DNA from: a virus
Taxonomy: Duplodnaviria; Caudoviricetes
IMG/VR virus record: IMGVR_UViG_3300042731_002921
Span: 1-64,000 of that record
Length of the DNA stretch: 64,000 nucleotides
Strand: one strand, 5' to 3'
The notes under the pieces were generated by a model that did no database searches, was not told the DNA's origin, and saw only the letters and a program-made list of their open reading frames with translations. The translations under genes were made by a program, and so were the position numbers. Positions 51,466-61,827 of the stretch are shown piece by piece. The first letter of the stretch is position 1. Every line of letters begins with the position of its first letter.

Positions 51466-52548
51466 TCATACAAACATCTCCTTATAATAAGAATATTTCT
51501 TCATAATTTCATCTTTAAAACCACAAGAAAATTTACCCTCCTTGCATAGCCCGTTTCTATATACACAATTCGGTACAAGCATCTTAGCTAAAAGATGATT
51601 CTTCTTCTCTATCTCTTTCTTAATCAAATTCATAATATAAACTGTTTCTTTATGTGAACATAAGCATAATCTCTTTCTTGCGATATTAATAAGAGCTTCT
51701 GCGTTTACAAACATAGTGTGATTGACCGGCGTTAATCTGTGAGGAATATTTTCAACTATATCTGGAAAATTTACGTAGGCATACTCCCCGAAGTATTCTA
51801 AAGCTGCTTTATCATAAGCAATTGCCGCATCTTCTGGTGTAGAAAATACCCCTAAAAAAACAGAATGATCCCCTACATATATACTTGAGTTGTAGCTGTC
51901 ACCTTTTCTTCTAACACCTTTATAAGCAACCTCTTTCCCAACCTCCTGTATTGAATTCATAGCATTTAGTTGCTTAGTACTTGCTCTTAAATTTTCGATT
52001 TTGTCATTCAATGTATTTCTATCGATATGATCCACAATTGGTGGTTTATACCCGTTCAACATCACAAAAACAATAACACTTCTGTACATCTTTTCATTTT
52101 TATATGTAATTACCCAACGGTTTAGACTTTTATTTAAGCCCCCAGATTTGTCACCAATTGAAGCATTTTTTGAATTTGCATGTATTTTCCAATATAATTC
52201 TCCGTCTTTATACTCAAAGATTTCATTTAGTGCTTTTTGCGTGAAACCTTTGTAAGTTAAAGAACTACCAGAATTAATTTCTTTATTAATTCTGTCATCT
52301 CTACTTGTCAAAACAAAATGTTCTACACCTATTTTATGACGTACCATATGAACAGAAACAAAACTTGGTATGTTTTTCATTTCTATACAATACTCATCCT
52401 GCCTCAGAGGACTATGCTCCATCAAATAAGAATTTAAATCAGAAACATTAGAATTAAACCTAACAGTACTATCGAACGCTTTCTTTTTCCAGTGTCTTGA
52501 TTTAGTCTCAGTAACTATAATCTCATAATTATTTCTATCTGCTTTCAA
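51466..52548 (-). CDS. thyX: ThyX-like (flavin-dependent thymidylate synthase) protein with an in-frame HNH-AP2 insertion
   Basis: HSPLR...HMVRHK...SRDDR N-half and H.M.VNA.AL..IARKRLC C-half, separated by about 182 aa of HNH-AP2. Confidence 0.75.
   Translation of the reverse strand: MKADRNNYEIIVTETKSRHWKKKAFDSTVRFNSNVSDLNSYLMEHSPLRQDEYCIEMKNIPSFVSVHMVRHKIGVEHFVLTSRDDRINKEINSGSSLTYKGFTQKALNEIFEYKDGELYWKIHANSKNASIGDKSGGLNKSLNRWVITYKNEKMYRSVIVFVMLNGYKPPIVDHIDRNTLNDKIENLRASTKQLNAMNSIQEVGKEVAYKGVRRKGDSYNSSIYVGDHSVFLGVFSTPEDAAIAYDKAALEYFGEYAYVNFPDIVENIPHRLTPVNHTMFVNAEALINIARKRLCLCSHKETVYIMNLIKKEIEKKNHLLAKMLVPNCVYRNGLCKEGKFSCGFKDEIMKKYSYYKEMFV
51745..52290 (-). mobile_element. In-frame HNH-AP2 homing endonuclease domain with no intein motifs (boundaries approximate)
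   Basis: IFEYKDGELYW...VDHIDRNTLNDKIENLR...YKGV...FLG.FSTPEDAA.AYD.AA..YFGEYA..NFP. Confidence 0.85.
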
Positions 52549-53074
52549 TTTTTCTCCTTTGTAATCTCTACTTTTTCATAGCAAATATCATTAACACAAT
52601 AGCTCTCTTTATTAACTTCAAACAAGTTTAGTCTATCATAAATACCCTTCAGTAGCAACAATTCATAATATTTTTCTTTGTTGTATCTCAATAAATAATT
52701 AAGATGTTCTTCTAAATCTTTGTATTCTTTATACTCCATTAAATAACCTCCGAAGAACACGCGGGACATAAGCACCACTCCATACCGTATTCTTTAACTA
52801 TAAATGGATCATTTCCATACCAACCACAGCCAAAGCACTGGTAGTAATCATCCTCGTACTCATCTTCAAAGTCAACTCTTTCTCTGTTCTCGTAAATATC
52901 CTCTTCCTTACTCATGATTGTGATCTCCATACGACGGCTTGTTATAACTGCCACATCTAGTAATTAGTTTAGCAGGGTTTATTAATTCAATTACAATTCT
53001 TTCTGCAATTTCTTCTTTTGTCTCTTGAAACGTTAAACCACAAGTCCCTTTGTACGTTACTGTTTCACTCATAA

Positions 53075-54871
53075 TTATTCTCCGTAATATTTTTCTTGGT
53101 ATTTAATCCAACTTGATGTTTTATAAATTATTGGATACTTCATCTTAACAAACTTCCAAATTGGCATATTCTCATATCTTCTACAAAGATAATCAAGTGA
53201 AATTTCTATTAAACTGTAATTCCCATCATGGACTTCATTCAATAAGAAAATACCTCTAAATTCATTATTCCCTTGTGGACCTCTATAAATCTCATCCTCA
53301 ATATAAAAAGAGCCACAAACAAGACCCCTGATTACTTTACCATTATTCAGGGATTTAACACCTACTTCATAAGTTTGCTGATGTCCGGCGCAAAAGGAAA
53401 AACCAATCTTATTGAGTCTATTTGTTATTGTACCACCAACAGGGTTACCGCTTAGAGGTAATGTAAAATAATGACTATAAGAAACACCATCAATCTCTAC
53501 AATCTTAAGGAAGTTATGAACATTCCAACCAAAATCTTTGTATTTAAGATCATCAGGACTCATAAGGCCATCAAGTTTAGGATCATTCTCTATTGCTTTA
53601 TTTATTCTACAGTTACCAGAAAAAATTGTTTTATAATTTCTTCTTGTTAGTAATGTCTCATTATCTACAGAGGCACACCACACAATACCGTCATAGTCAA
53701 GTTCTTTTGTTAAAAAATCTTTGGTTCTCGTTTTACACTTTTTGGTAATGTTAACTCTCCAATGACCTTTCCGGTACTCTTTTAATGTTGCTCTAATACC
53801 GTGTAATACACAGGCAATTTGCATATCTTCACAAATTGTCTTTTGTCCATAAAATACTCTACTTTCTGTCATTCTCGTAGGTAAAGTCCCATCACAAAAA
53901 ATCATTACGTCAAGAAATAAATTAAACTGCCTTTTGCTTAATTCAAAAACCCATTCCGGCAATCTTTTATTATTATCAACGCACCATTCTGGTCTTGTCA
54001 TAAAGAATTCATAAGATTTCTGTGGTTTGTTTTTAAGCTTTTTACCACAGACGTGTGTGATACTCCGCTCTCTTGAACTTTCTCTATACTCAACTTCAGA
54101 ATTCTCAATAATTGCTTTAATAGTGTCCTTACCTGATTCAGATTGGTAAAATACTAAACTATTATACTTACCATGATACGAATCAGTTAGTGCAACAGCA
54201 TTGAACTGGATTTGTTCATCAGTTAGTGGATACTCATTTATAATTTCAATCTCGGCTGTATTGTAAATATCACTACAAGTTGAACAATCTTTAGCGAAAG
54301 ATTCTTTTATATTTCCACCAGAAGTTTCCCAAAAGACATTATGTTTTGGAGTTACACATATAGAAACAGTTGACGTTTCATATTCTAAAAGTTTTCCTTT
54401 GTACTCTCTTTTAATGATATTTTTTACTTTTTGCCATTCACCTATTTTCCTTTCTTTGTTGAAAGTATAAACAATTTCTCCGATATTAATTTCTTCAAAT
54501 AGCTTCCAACCATCTTTTGTTAAAACTTCTGTTTTGTCATCATAACATTCATGATTTCCAATTACCAAATGCATCTCAGGTCTATACATCTTATGTTTGT
54601 TTTGTCTTTGTCTTTCATTGTAATCCAGCAATGGCTTACAAAGAATACCCATAGCGTTATGAGCAGAATCAATATCTTTCTTGTATCTTCTCCCTTCAAA
54701 TTGAATTTTACCAAAATCATATTGTGATAGGGAACTCATATCAGCAAAATCACCAAGTTGAACAATTACTTCAGGTCTTTTTTCAACAATGTATTCACCG
54801 CACCAAGCAAGCATATCAGTAGGTGATTCAGGTTTAATTTGTGTATCAGGTACTACAAGATGTCTTCTCAA
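53075..54871 (-). CDS. Phage metallophosphoesterase (intein-containing)
   Basis: VPDTQ, LGDFAD, GNHE, SHY and GHQ motifs. Confidence 0.85.
   Translation of the reverse strand: MRRHLVVPDTQIKPESPTDMLAWCGEYIVEKRPEVIVQLGDFADMSSLSQYDFGKIQFEGRRYKKDIDSAHNAMGILCKPLLDYNERQRQNKHKMYRPEMHLVIGNHECYDDKTEVLTKDGWKLFEEINIGEIVYTFNKERKIGEWQKVKNIIKREYKGKLLEYETSTVSICVTPKHNVFWETSGGNIKESFAKDCSTCSDIYNTAEIEIINEYPLTDEQIQFNAVALTDSYHGKYNSLVFYQSESGKDTIKAIIENSEVEYRESSRERSITHVCGKKLKNKPQKSYEFFMTRPEWCVDNNKRLPEWVFELSKRQFNLFLDVMIFCDGTLPTRMTESRVFYGQKTICEDMQIACVLHGIRATLKEYRKGHWRVNITKKCKTRTKDFLTKELDYDGIVWCASVDNETLLTRRNYKTIFSGNCRINKAIENDPKLDGLMSPDDLKYKDFGWNVHNFLKIVEIDGVSYSHYFTLPLSGNPVGGTITNRLNKIGFSFCAGHQQTYEVGVKSLNNGKVIRGLVCGSFYIEDEIYRGPQGNNEFRGIFLLNEVHDGNYSLIEISLDYLCRRYENMPIWKFVKMKYPIIYKTSSWIKYQEKYYGE
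53612..54547 (-). mobile_element. Intein (312 aa) inserted immediately after the GNHE motif
   Basis: CYDDKTEVLTKDGW start, VTPKHNV block B, degenerate LAGLIDADG motifs, VWC...FSGN|C end. Confidence 0.92.
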
Positions 54872-57427
54872 TTTATCTCCTGAAATTTATTTAATTATAA
54901 TTGAATAATCATACTAAATAACCAAAGCAAAGCAAACATTCCACCAACATAAGCAAATGATTCCGGCCATGATAACTTCATCTTATTCTCCTTAGTTTAC
55001 GCACAAAGCATTATTAAATTTACAACCATATTCATGTGCGCTATAGAACTCACCATCTTCTTTGTTATACTCACCAATAGATGGTGTAAAGTTAACAGAA
55101 TCATATGAATGACCTTCATCATCAGATGAGTAAATACAATCATAATCAAGGATTTTAGGATTCTCTTTAATTAATTCTCTCAAGTGATGATAATATTTAT
55201 GTACTTTCATGTTTAATTTCCATACAATTTAAAACCTGGCTATACAGGTAGAAGACTGATACTCGAAGCGTCCTTCAAGGGATAACTGTAGGCATCCAGT
55301 TCAATGGTCGTAGTGTGTGACACGTTACCCAATCTTTCAGGAACCATCCAGTACAATTAAAGACATAATAATACATTAAACCAAGTTTGTCAATAGCTCC
55401 TAATGAATTTTCCTTCGCTATCAAATTCAAAAATATAATACCTACCATTAAATTCTTTTAATCTTAGCATTCCACACAAAGAATCAGCTATTTCAGAATA
55501 ATTAATACCAACAAAATCAAAAAGATTTCTAAATCTTTCAATATCTGTTTTAGTTTCTTCTCCTGTGATTATATCTATTAGTTCTTTTGTATCTTGTTTT
55601 GAAAAAATATTCTCATTTTTCATTTTTCATAACCCCTTAGTTCTGATACTGTCTTTAAATAAGTCCATGCTGAATCAGAATAATCGCACATGAACTACCA
55701 TATCAGCAACTGGCTTGGAAGCATTAATCGCAAACCTCAACTAATTTATTTTTAAAATTATCTGTTTTCATTATCAATCCTTTAAATTTTATATAGTAAT
55801 TATCCCCAAAATCCCTGTTCCTTAAATTTACCTTCTTTTGTAAAAATTATTTCTGACCAAAAACCATTATGTCCTTTAAATTTATTTGATCTCGTTTCAT
55901 TAGTAAAAAATCAGAATCATTTAATTGCACAAGAGTAACAACATAATAACCATCATCTTCATTAATAGCACAATCAATACCAATAGATTTATATAACTCG
56001 ATGAATCTTTCTAAATCCGTCATTTCTTTTTTTTTTATCCTTAATTCATTTACTTTATCTTCAAGCCAACTACAGTAAGACTGGTTTGTACCACATGTTA
56101 TAACTGGATCATTTTTAATCTCTTTTATATATTCTTCTTCTAAATTATTCATTTAATACTCCTTTTAATCAATATCAACCCCATCAATTAATTCATCAAT
56201 TAAAGCCTCTCTCTCTTTATCAGGTGTGATAATTAAAGAAGGATTTTCAGAAATATATTCGTCTATAAGGCTTATAATTTCTTCATCAGTTGCTTTGTTA
56301 AAGAAATCCTCAATTTCTATCTTCATCTTTTTAAACCATTCGGGTTGTTCTTTTTTGTTCATTTATTTTTCCTTGGTATTTAATCTTAAATTTATTTCTC
56401 CTTTGTTTAAGTTATTTCTTGTTTTTAATAAACTCTGTATACCATTTGACTTTCTTTAAATTTGATTCTAATGTTAAATCAGTTGGATCAATACCTATAC
56501 AAGCCCTGCATATACTCTTAAAACCATATAGTCATTTAGAAATTTCTCAGTTATCTCTATTTCATTTAAATAGTATAAGCCTGGTGCCTCAAAAAATTTA
56601 CTTATAGCTTCTGTATTCATTGAATTAGTTTTTGATGTTTTCATATTAACTCCTTTGTCTAAGTTTTAAGATATCATATTATTATTTAAGCACTGTGCCA
56701 AGAGATATTTACTAAAAAGAATTTACGTTGTATACCATGTCTGTATCTTCTGAGCATACTACTTCAACACAAGAAAGCTCTTCAAAATATCCAGTCCAAA
56801 ATGAAGAATACCTAAAATTCTTTCCTTCATCATCAACGAGTTCCAACACTATAATTCTAAACTCTTCATCCCAAGAAACACCTGGTGGTAGTTGTGTCAT
56901 TGGTTTGGTATAAAGATTTGAATTATCTCTGTAAAATTCATTATGATTTTTAATACATTTTAATGATTCTTTTGCCATACTTAAGCTCTCCCATTCATAT
57001 TCAATAAAAGCTTCTTCATCATATGTACCAAAACTGTTACCTGTTCTATAATTTATTTTAATTCTGTATTTCATTGTATTTCCTTAATATTTAATTTTAA
57101 ACTTATTCTTCCTTTTAATCTTATAGCACGAACTACATACAAAAACAATACCTTTATATATTAATATTATCAAACCAAAGACTATCATAGCAACAATAAT
57201 TGTAAAGAAGAAAGCGATAGCTGCTGGAATTAATTCAATAGGGAAAATCATTTTTATCCTTTACTCAAAGATAATATTAGATAATACCACAATCTCAAAT
57301 ATAGTTACAATCCATACTAAAATAGTTGTAACTTTTCCTTCAACTCCTTCATGAAACCTATCAATGTATATTTCTTTTAGAAAATTCAGTACAATCTTTC
57401 TCTACACCGCACTTAGTGCAAATAAAT

Positions 57428-58711
57428 TTAATCATTAAAAATCTCCAACCACTGACACAGCAGTGTTTTCATCCTATTACTAAAAATCATCACCTTAATT
57501 GGTTTTCCATCCCTAATAGCTGTTCTCCACAAACATTGTAGCATAACAGATAAAGAATATTGCTCATTTTCAAGTTTTGTTCTTTCTGTTAATGCACCAT
57601 AACCTATTTTACTTTTAAGGTATTTAGATACAGTTACATTTCTATAAACATTGTGCATATAAATAATATATGTCTTGCCAGAATAATCATTAGTTGCCTT
57701 ACAATTATATGGTATCCAACAACCATGGTATCCTTTTGGTGTAAGGTGCCTTCCTTTTGTTTTATTAAATTTCTGTGAACTTAAGTTCTTTTTACAAGCA
57801 TAAAGTAACTCATCTGTTGTTATATTATTTCTTTTTAAGTATTTTCCAAGTGTATCTCTCAATGTTACCATGAACTTAGTATTAACATTACTTGAATCCC
57901 AATGAGTAGACGAAAAGTTTGTATTTCTTCTTAGAGCCAAATCTCTTATACTTTTAGGTGGATCAATAAAAGAAATCAAATTCTTAAATTTTTCTTTCAT
58001 CTTGTATTCTTCTAACTCATCCTGATACTCAATTGTATAGTCTATATTATACATCTTGAAAAAAGAACAAAGATCAGAAGACTCGAACATATATGTTAAG
58101 ATAATATATGTGTCAGAAAGACTGAAAAAAGAAATTGGTGTTTCTAAAACAAACAAAAAACGATTATCTTCACCAAAAGAAATAACTCTATTTGAAAGTA
58201 TTATATCTCTGTATTGTCTTATATCTTCATTTACTTTGAAATCCTCATGCATAGGTCCACACCAATAAACTCTTTTTGTTATTGGATCAATAGATGCATA
58301 CTTACTATCATCAAACAACAACTTTCTTTCATCTGTTGTTATTTGCAATGGTTCAATTGTTATAATCTCTTCATCAATTATTATTATGTATCCCTGTCTC
58401 TCTATTTCAGCTTCTATTTCAAGGGTAAATAAATTAAATAATGAGTGGGTTGTAACTATTGACCTCCCATTGCACAACAAGGATAATATGTTTTCTTTTT
58501 TATTTACCATCTTATGTTCTTCATAATCATAATAAGCTTCTGGTTCACAAAAACGCTCATTAGGACAAGAATCAATAAAACGCTGTATCTCTGTTTTTAA
58601 TGGTACAATAACCAACAAAGGTCTTGATCCAAAACTTTTATCATTAATTTCATTAATCATGTTTGTAGTTTTTGAACTACCCATTATACTATCTCTTATT
58701 ATAATACCCAA
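57428..58711 (-). CDS. SF2-like helicase / origin-binding-type replication protein
   Basis: DSIMGSSKT (Walker A variant), IIDE, LTY.F, KATNDY and Q..WRTAIR; AAGGAG RBS before the TTG at 58711. Confidence 0.65.
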   Translation of the reverse strand: MGIIIRDSIMGSSKTTNMINEINDKSFGSRPLLVIVPLKTEIQRFIDSCPNERFCEPEAYYDYEEHKMVNKKENILSLLCNGRSIVTTHSLFNLFTLEIEAEIERQGYIIIIDEEIITIEPLQITTDERKLLFDDSKYASIDPITKRVYWCGPMHEDFKVNEDIRQYRDIILSNRVISFGEDNRFLFVLETPISFFSLSDTYIILTYMFESSDLCSFFKMYNIDYTIEYQDELEEYKMKEKFKNLISFIDPPKSIRDLALRRNTNFSSTHWDSSNVNTKFMVTLRDTLGKYLKRNNITTDELLYACKKNLSSQKFNKTKGRHLTPKGYHGCWIPYNCKATNDYSGKTYIIYMHNVYRNVTVSKYLKSKIGYGALTERTKLENEQYSLSVMLQCLWRTAIRDGKPIKVMIFSNRMKTLLCQWLEIFND

Positions 58712-59092
58712 AGTATAACTCCTTTTGTTAAGTTTATATATATAACAATTATTTACCAAAAGTCAACTAAAATATAATGGAATCCATTTTCCATTTGGGA
58801 CATTTTAAAATCCAAAGCCTTGAAAGCCTTGATATATAAGGCTTTTCACTTATTAAAAATTGTGTTTGCTATAAGAAAAGAAATTCAAAAATAATCAGTA
58901 GTTAAATAAACAAACTTTAAATAAATCTTTTAATTTTTCTTTGGTTATTATAATAATTAAACCAAAGGAAAGTAAAAATAATCTTTAAAGTAACTTATTT
59001 AAGGTTTAGTTTCTATTTTTCTTTTATACCTTGTATTGTTTTTCTTCTAAGTAGTGTCTAATAATTAATACCTATAATCTTTGATTATTCCA

Positions 59093-59530
59093 TTAAAGAA
59101 CACGAGCTTTGTACTTCTTCTCTCTTCTTTGGTTTGGTTTTGTTTCTATTATATCTTTATCATCCCATTTCGCTTTTTTCCTATAAAGCAATGTGCTATA
59201 ACTTATACCTGTTAACTTTACCCAATACTTTAATCCTTCTGTTTTGTTGTTGTAGGTAATAGTGTACTGAATCATATGGTTTCCTGGTTTCTTTGTTGTC
59301 CATTTAACGTTATCTGGTACAAAGCCTTTAGTTGTGTCTATTCTAACAAAGTAATGATCTTTAGGCATTGGCCCTATGTCTTGTTTGAATTTTTCATAAT
59401 CACAGATCCATTCTTTGTGCATACCAACTTCTTGTTCTTTGGTGTAGTTGTTCTTGTTTGGAAGACATCTCCTTTTGATACTCGCCCATAGTTTGTATTC
59501 TGGTTGTTCCTTCTTTGTTTTGTATTTCAT
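59093..59530 (-). CDS. HNH-related protein, probably degenerate
   Basis: W..IKRRC...F..DIG..P......RID..KG..P.N.KW.T and ITYN..T..L..W...TGI; parallels the 7919 HNH. Confidence 0.65.
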   Translation of the reverse strand: MKYKTKKEQPEYKLWASIKRRCLPNKNNYTKEQEVGMHKEWICDYEKFKQDIGPMPKDHYFVRIDTTKGFVPDNVKWTTKKPGNHMIQYTITYNNKTEGLKYWVKLTGISYSTLLYRKKAKWDDKDIIETKPNQRREKKYKARVL

Positions 59531-59651
59531 GCTTTCTCCTTAATATTATTCTGTAAAACTTAATATAAGATAACAATTATTCTGTGTTTGTCAAGTTTTA
59601 CCGAATAATATTAATTGACAAATTATATACCATATATAATATTATTATTTT

Positions 59652-59783
59652 ATGAATACAACAAGAACAGAAACAGGAAGTCTCAGATGTAAGGCTTGTG
59701 GAAAAGAACTTAAAGAATACGAGTACGTCTTGTGTTCTGATTGTGAGAAAGAGGCTGATAAAGTCTACGAAGATGAGACATAA
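59652..59783 (+). CDS. Small Zn-finger protein (43 aa)
   Basis: CKAC...CSDC; first ORF after the divergent TTGACA promoter. Confidence 0.5.
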   Translation: MNTTRTETGSLRCKACGKELKEYEYVLCSDCEKEADKVYEDET

Positions 59784-59792
59784 GGAGAGTTT

Positions 59793-60149
59793 ATGCCAAA
59801 ACCCCCAGGAGCAGGAAAAGAATGGGTAAAAATAAGAAAATTCAACGAGTCTTTTCCTAAATTTATAGGCTGGTTAACTAAGTATCATGAGAAGGCATTA
59901 GATGTACTTGGGGATACTCTTGATAATGAAGAAGCAAGTGTTAATTTAAGACATAGTGCAGCTAAAGAAGTTAACAATATGTATCTTAAATTTCATGATA
60001 AATTAAGAGATGTAAAACCAGAAGATTTTGTTAAAATTGATACTGGTTATCAGAAACATAAGAAAAATGTTCTTGGTAAAAAGAAAGGTAATATTACACC
60101 TTTGATCCAGACTGAGTTCATCCCTGAAGAAAATGATACTGGTACTTAA
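59793..60149 (+). CDS. Hypothetical protein, candidate terminase small subunit
   Basis: Helical 118-aa ORF at the head of the late operon upstream of terL; positional evidence only. Confidence 0.3.
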   Translation: MPKPPGAGKEWVKIRKFNESFPKFIGWLTKYHEKALDVLGDTLDNEEASVNLRHSAAKEVNNMYLKFHDKLRDVKPEDFVKIDTGYQKHKKNVLGKKKGNITPLIQTEFIPEENDTGT

Positions 60150-60195
60150 TGATTTCTGTAAATATGTGGATATAAAGAAAAGATGAGGATACCTA

Positions 60196-60465
60196 ATGGC
60201 TGATACTATTACTGATGTAACATTAACAGGTGATGAATTTCAAGATATATACAATGCGACAAGTATTACTGTAGGTACAAGTATTGCTATTCAGAATAAG
60301 ACTACTTCTATGCTTTTAGTACAATTACAAGCTGATCAACCAGAAGATGACTCTACTGATGGTATCTTAATTGATGATGATGTTTCTGTACCTTATATTG
60401 TTGATTCTAATGAAAATGGCTGTTGGGTTAAAGGTGTTGGTCCAATTAATATTCAAGAATTATAG
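60196..60465 (+). CDS. Small beta-rich virion-like protein
   Basis: Composition and operon position. Confidence 0.45.
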   Translation: MADTITDVTLTGDEFQDIYNATSITVGTSIAIQNKTTSMLLVQLQADQPEDDSTDGILIDDDVSVPYIVDSNENGCWVKGVGPINIQEL

Positions 60466-60473
60466 GAGTTAGA

Positions 60474-60824
60474 ATGGCTATATTACCATATAATATAAGA
60501 CCAACACAAAAATTAGTTAAAGAAGATGCTATAACTGGTGATACTACTCTAACTAATGTTGTTCCTGCTGGTTATCTTTTGCAATATATAATCTTTGAAG
60601 AAACAGCAGGTAATGCTGCTACTATTGATCTTGGCACGACTGATGGCGGTAATGATGTATTCACAGGGCAGATAATAGCTGCAAGTGATATCACAACTGT
60701 TGTTTTAAATAAAGTATTTTCTTTATCTACTACTACATCTTTATATATAAATGATGATCAGGTTGGCAGTGACTGGAATAGTGCAAGTGTTAATGTAACT
60801 ATAGTGTTAAAAAAGGTAATTTAA
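60474..60824 (+). CDS. Putative decoration-type protein, paralogous to the C-terminus of 61828..63471
   Basis: VPAGYLLQYI...IDLGTTDGG versus LPKDYIIDAI...IDIGTTDGG. Confidence 0.5.
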   Translation: MAILPYNIRPTQKLVKEDAITGDTTLTNVVPAGYLLQYIIFEETAGNAATIDLGTTDGGNDVFTGQIIAASDITTVVLNKVFSLSTTTSLYINDDQVGSDWNSASVNVTIVLKKVI

Positions 60825-61435
60825 TGTCTGATTCAAGATATGCTAATGATAGTTTATTAACAAAGAAAATTGATGTTATTAATACATCTTTATATTCTAC
60901 TCCACGACCTGGTGCAATTGAGTATTATGATAATAAATTTTATATAACGAATGTAGGTGTTAGAAAAGTTCTTGATAGATCTGATGACGTACTATTATCA
61001 TCTGTTACTGTTGAAGATACAACAGACGAAACAATTATATATACTGCTGAAATAGGCTCAAATGCATTTGTAGAAGGGAATGTGTTAAAATTAATTGCTA
61101 ATGGTATATTCTCTTCAGTTAGTGCTGCTGACGAAGTTACTATAAGAATAAAAATTGGAGGAGTTACGACTGATACTATTGTATCACCTGCTGCAAACTA
61201 TACAAATGCTTGTTGGTCAATTGATGGTAGAGGTACAATTAGGGCTGTAGGTGTTACAGGTAGCCTTTCATATTATAATAAATTAATGATTGCTGATAAA
61301 AGGGAAACAACATGTGCAGTCGCAACTATTGATACTACTGGATCAAATGATATTAATATTACAGCACAGTGGAATAATGCAAAAGTTGGGAATTCAATAG
61401 TAATAGCACAAGGATTTCTTGAATATAAGAATTAA
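60824..61435 (+). CDS. Beta-rich virion-like protein
   Basis: TAATG coupling; Thr/Ile/Ala-rich jelly-roll-like pattern. Confidence 0.45.
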   Translation: MSDSRYANDSLLTKKIDVINTSLYSTPRPGAIEYYDNKFYITNVGVRKVLDRSDDVLLSSVTVEDTTDETIIYTAEIGSNAFVEGNVLKLIANGIFSSVSAADEVTIRIKIGGVTTDTIVSPAANYTNACWSIDGRGTIRAVGVTGSLSYYNKLMIADKRETTCAVATIDTTGSNDINITAQWNNAKVGNSIVIAQGFLEYKN

Positions 61436-61528
61436 AGGAATATTCAATGTCAAAAACAAACTATACAGGTGATAATTCAAGATCAGTTGCTAAAGTAAAT
61501 ATACAAATATAATTAATAGGGAGATACA

Positions 61529-61819
61529 ATGGCTAAACTTAAGGATATTAAAAATGTAACACTTACTGCTGACTTTCAGGAAGTTACTGTAAGTTCAACT
61601 TTGTATTTTGATGAATACATTGTTAAGACTAATGATCAGACAGATTTTGAAATTAAACTTTTAACTGATGACACTGAAACTTTCATTCATTCCGTGGATG
61701 ATAGTACAGCGCCTTGGATTAACACAGCAAGTAGAAAACATTCATCTGATAGTACATCTCTATTTTTCGTAAAAGGGACTGCTGATAGTATTCTCCAGAT
61801 CGAATTTATTAGGTATTAG
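61529..61819 (+). CDS. Small beta-rich virion-like protein
   Basis: RBS; N-terminus resembles the 60196 ORF (I..VTLT.D.Q). Confidence 0.4.
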   Translation: MAKLKDIKNVTLTADFQEVTVSSTLYFDEYIVKTNDQTDFEIKLLTDDTETFIHSVDDSTAPWINTASRKHSSDSTSLFFVKGTADSILQIEFIRY

Positions 61820-61827
61820 GAGAGAGT

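Noticed and set aside
51745-52290. Group I intron in thyX (AGATATAGT resembles the S element)
   Set aside because: No R element (GACUA), no room for P3-P9 outside the ORF, no U-G pair at the 5' junction; the match is explained by the codons for PDIV.
56683-56705. sigma54-like TTGGCACAG on the minus strand
   Set aside because: No -12 GC; it fits a sigma70 promoter (TTGGCA-N17-TATGAT) instead.
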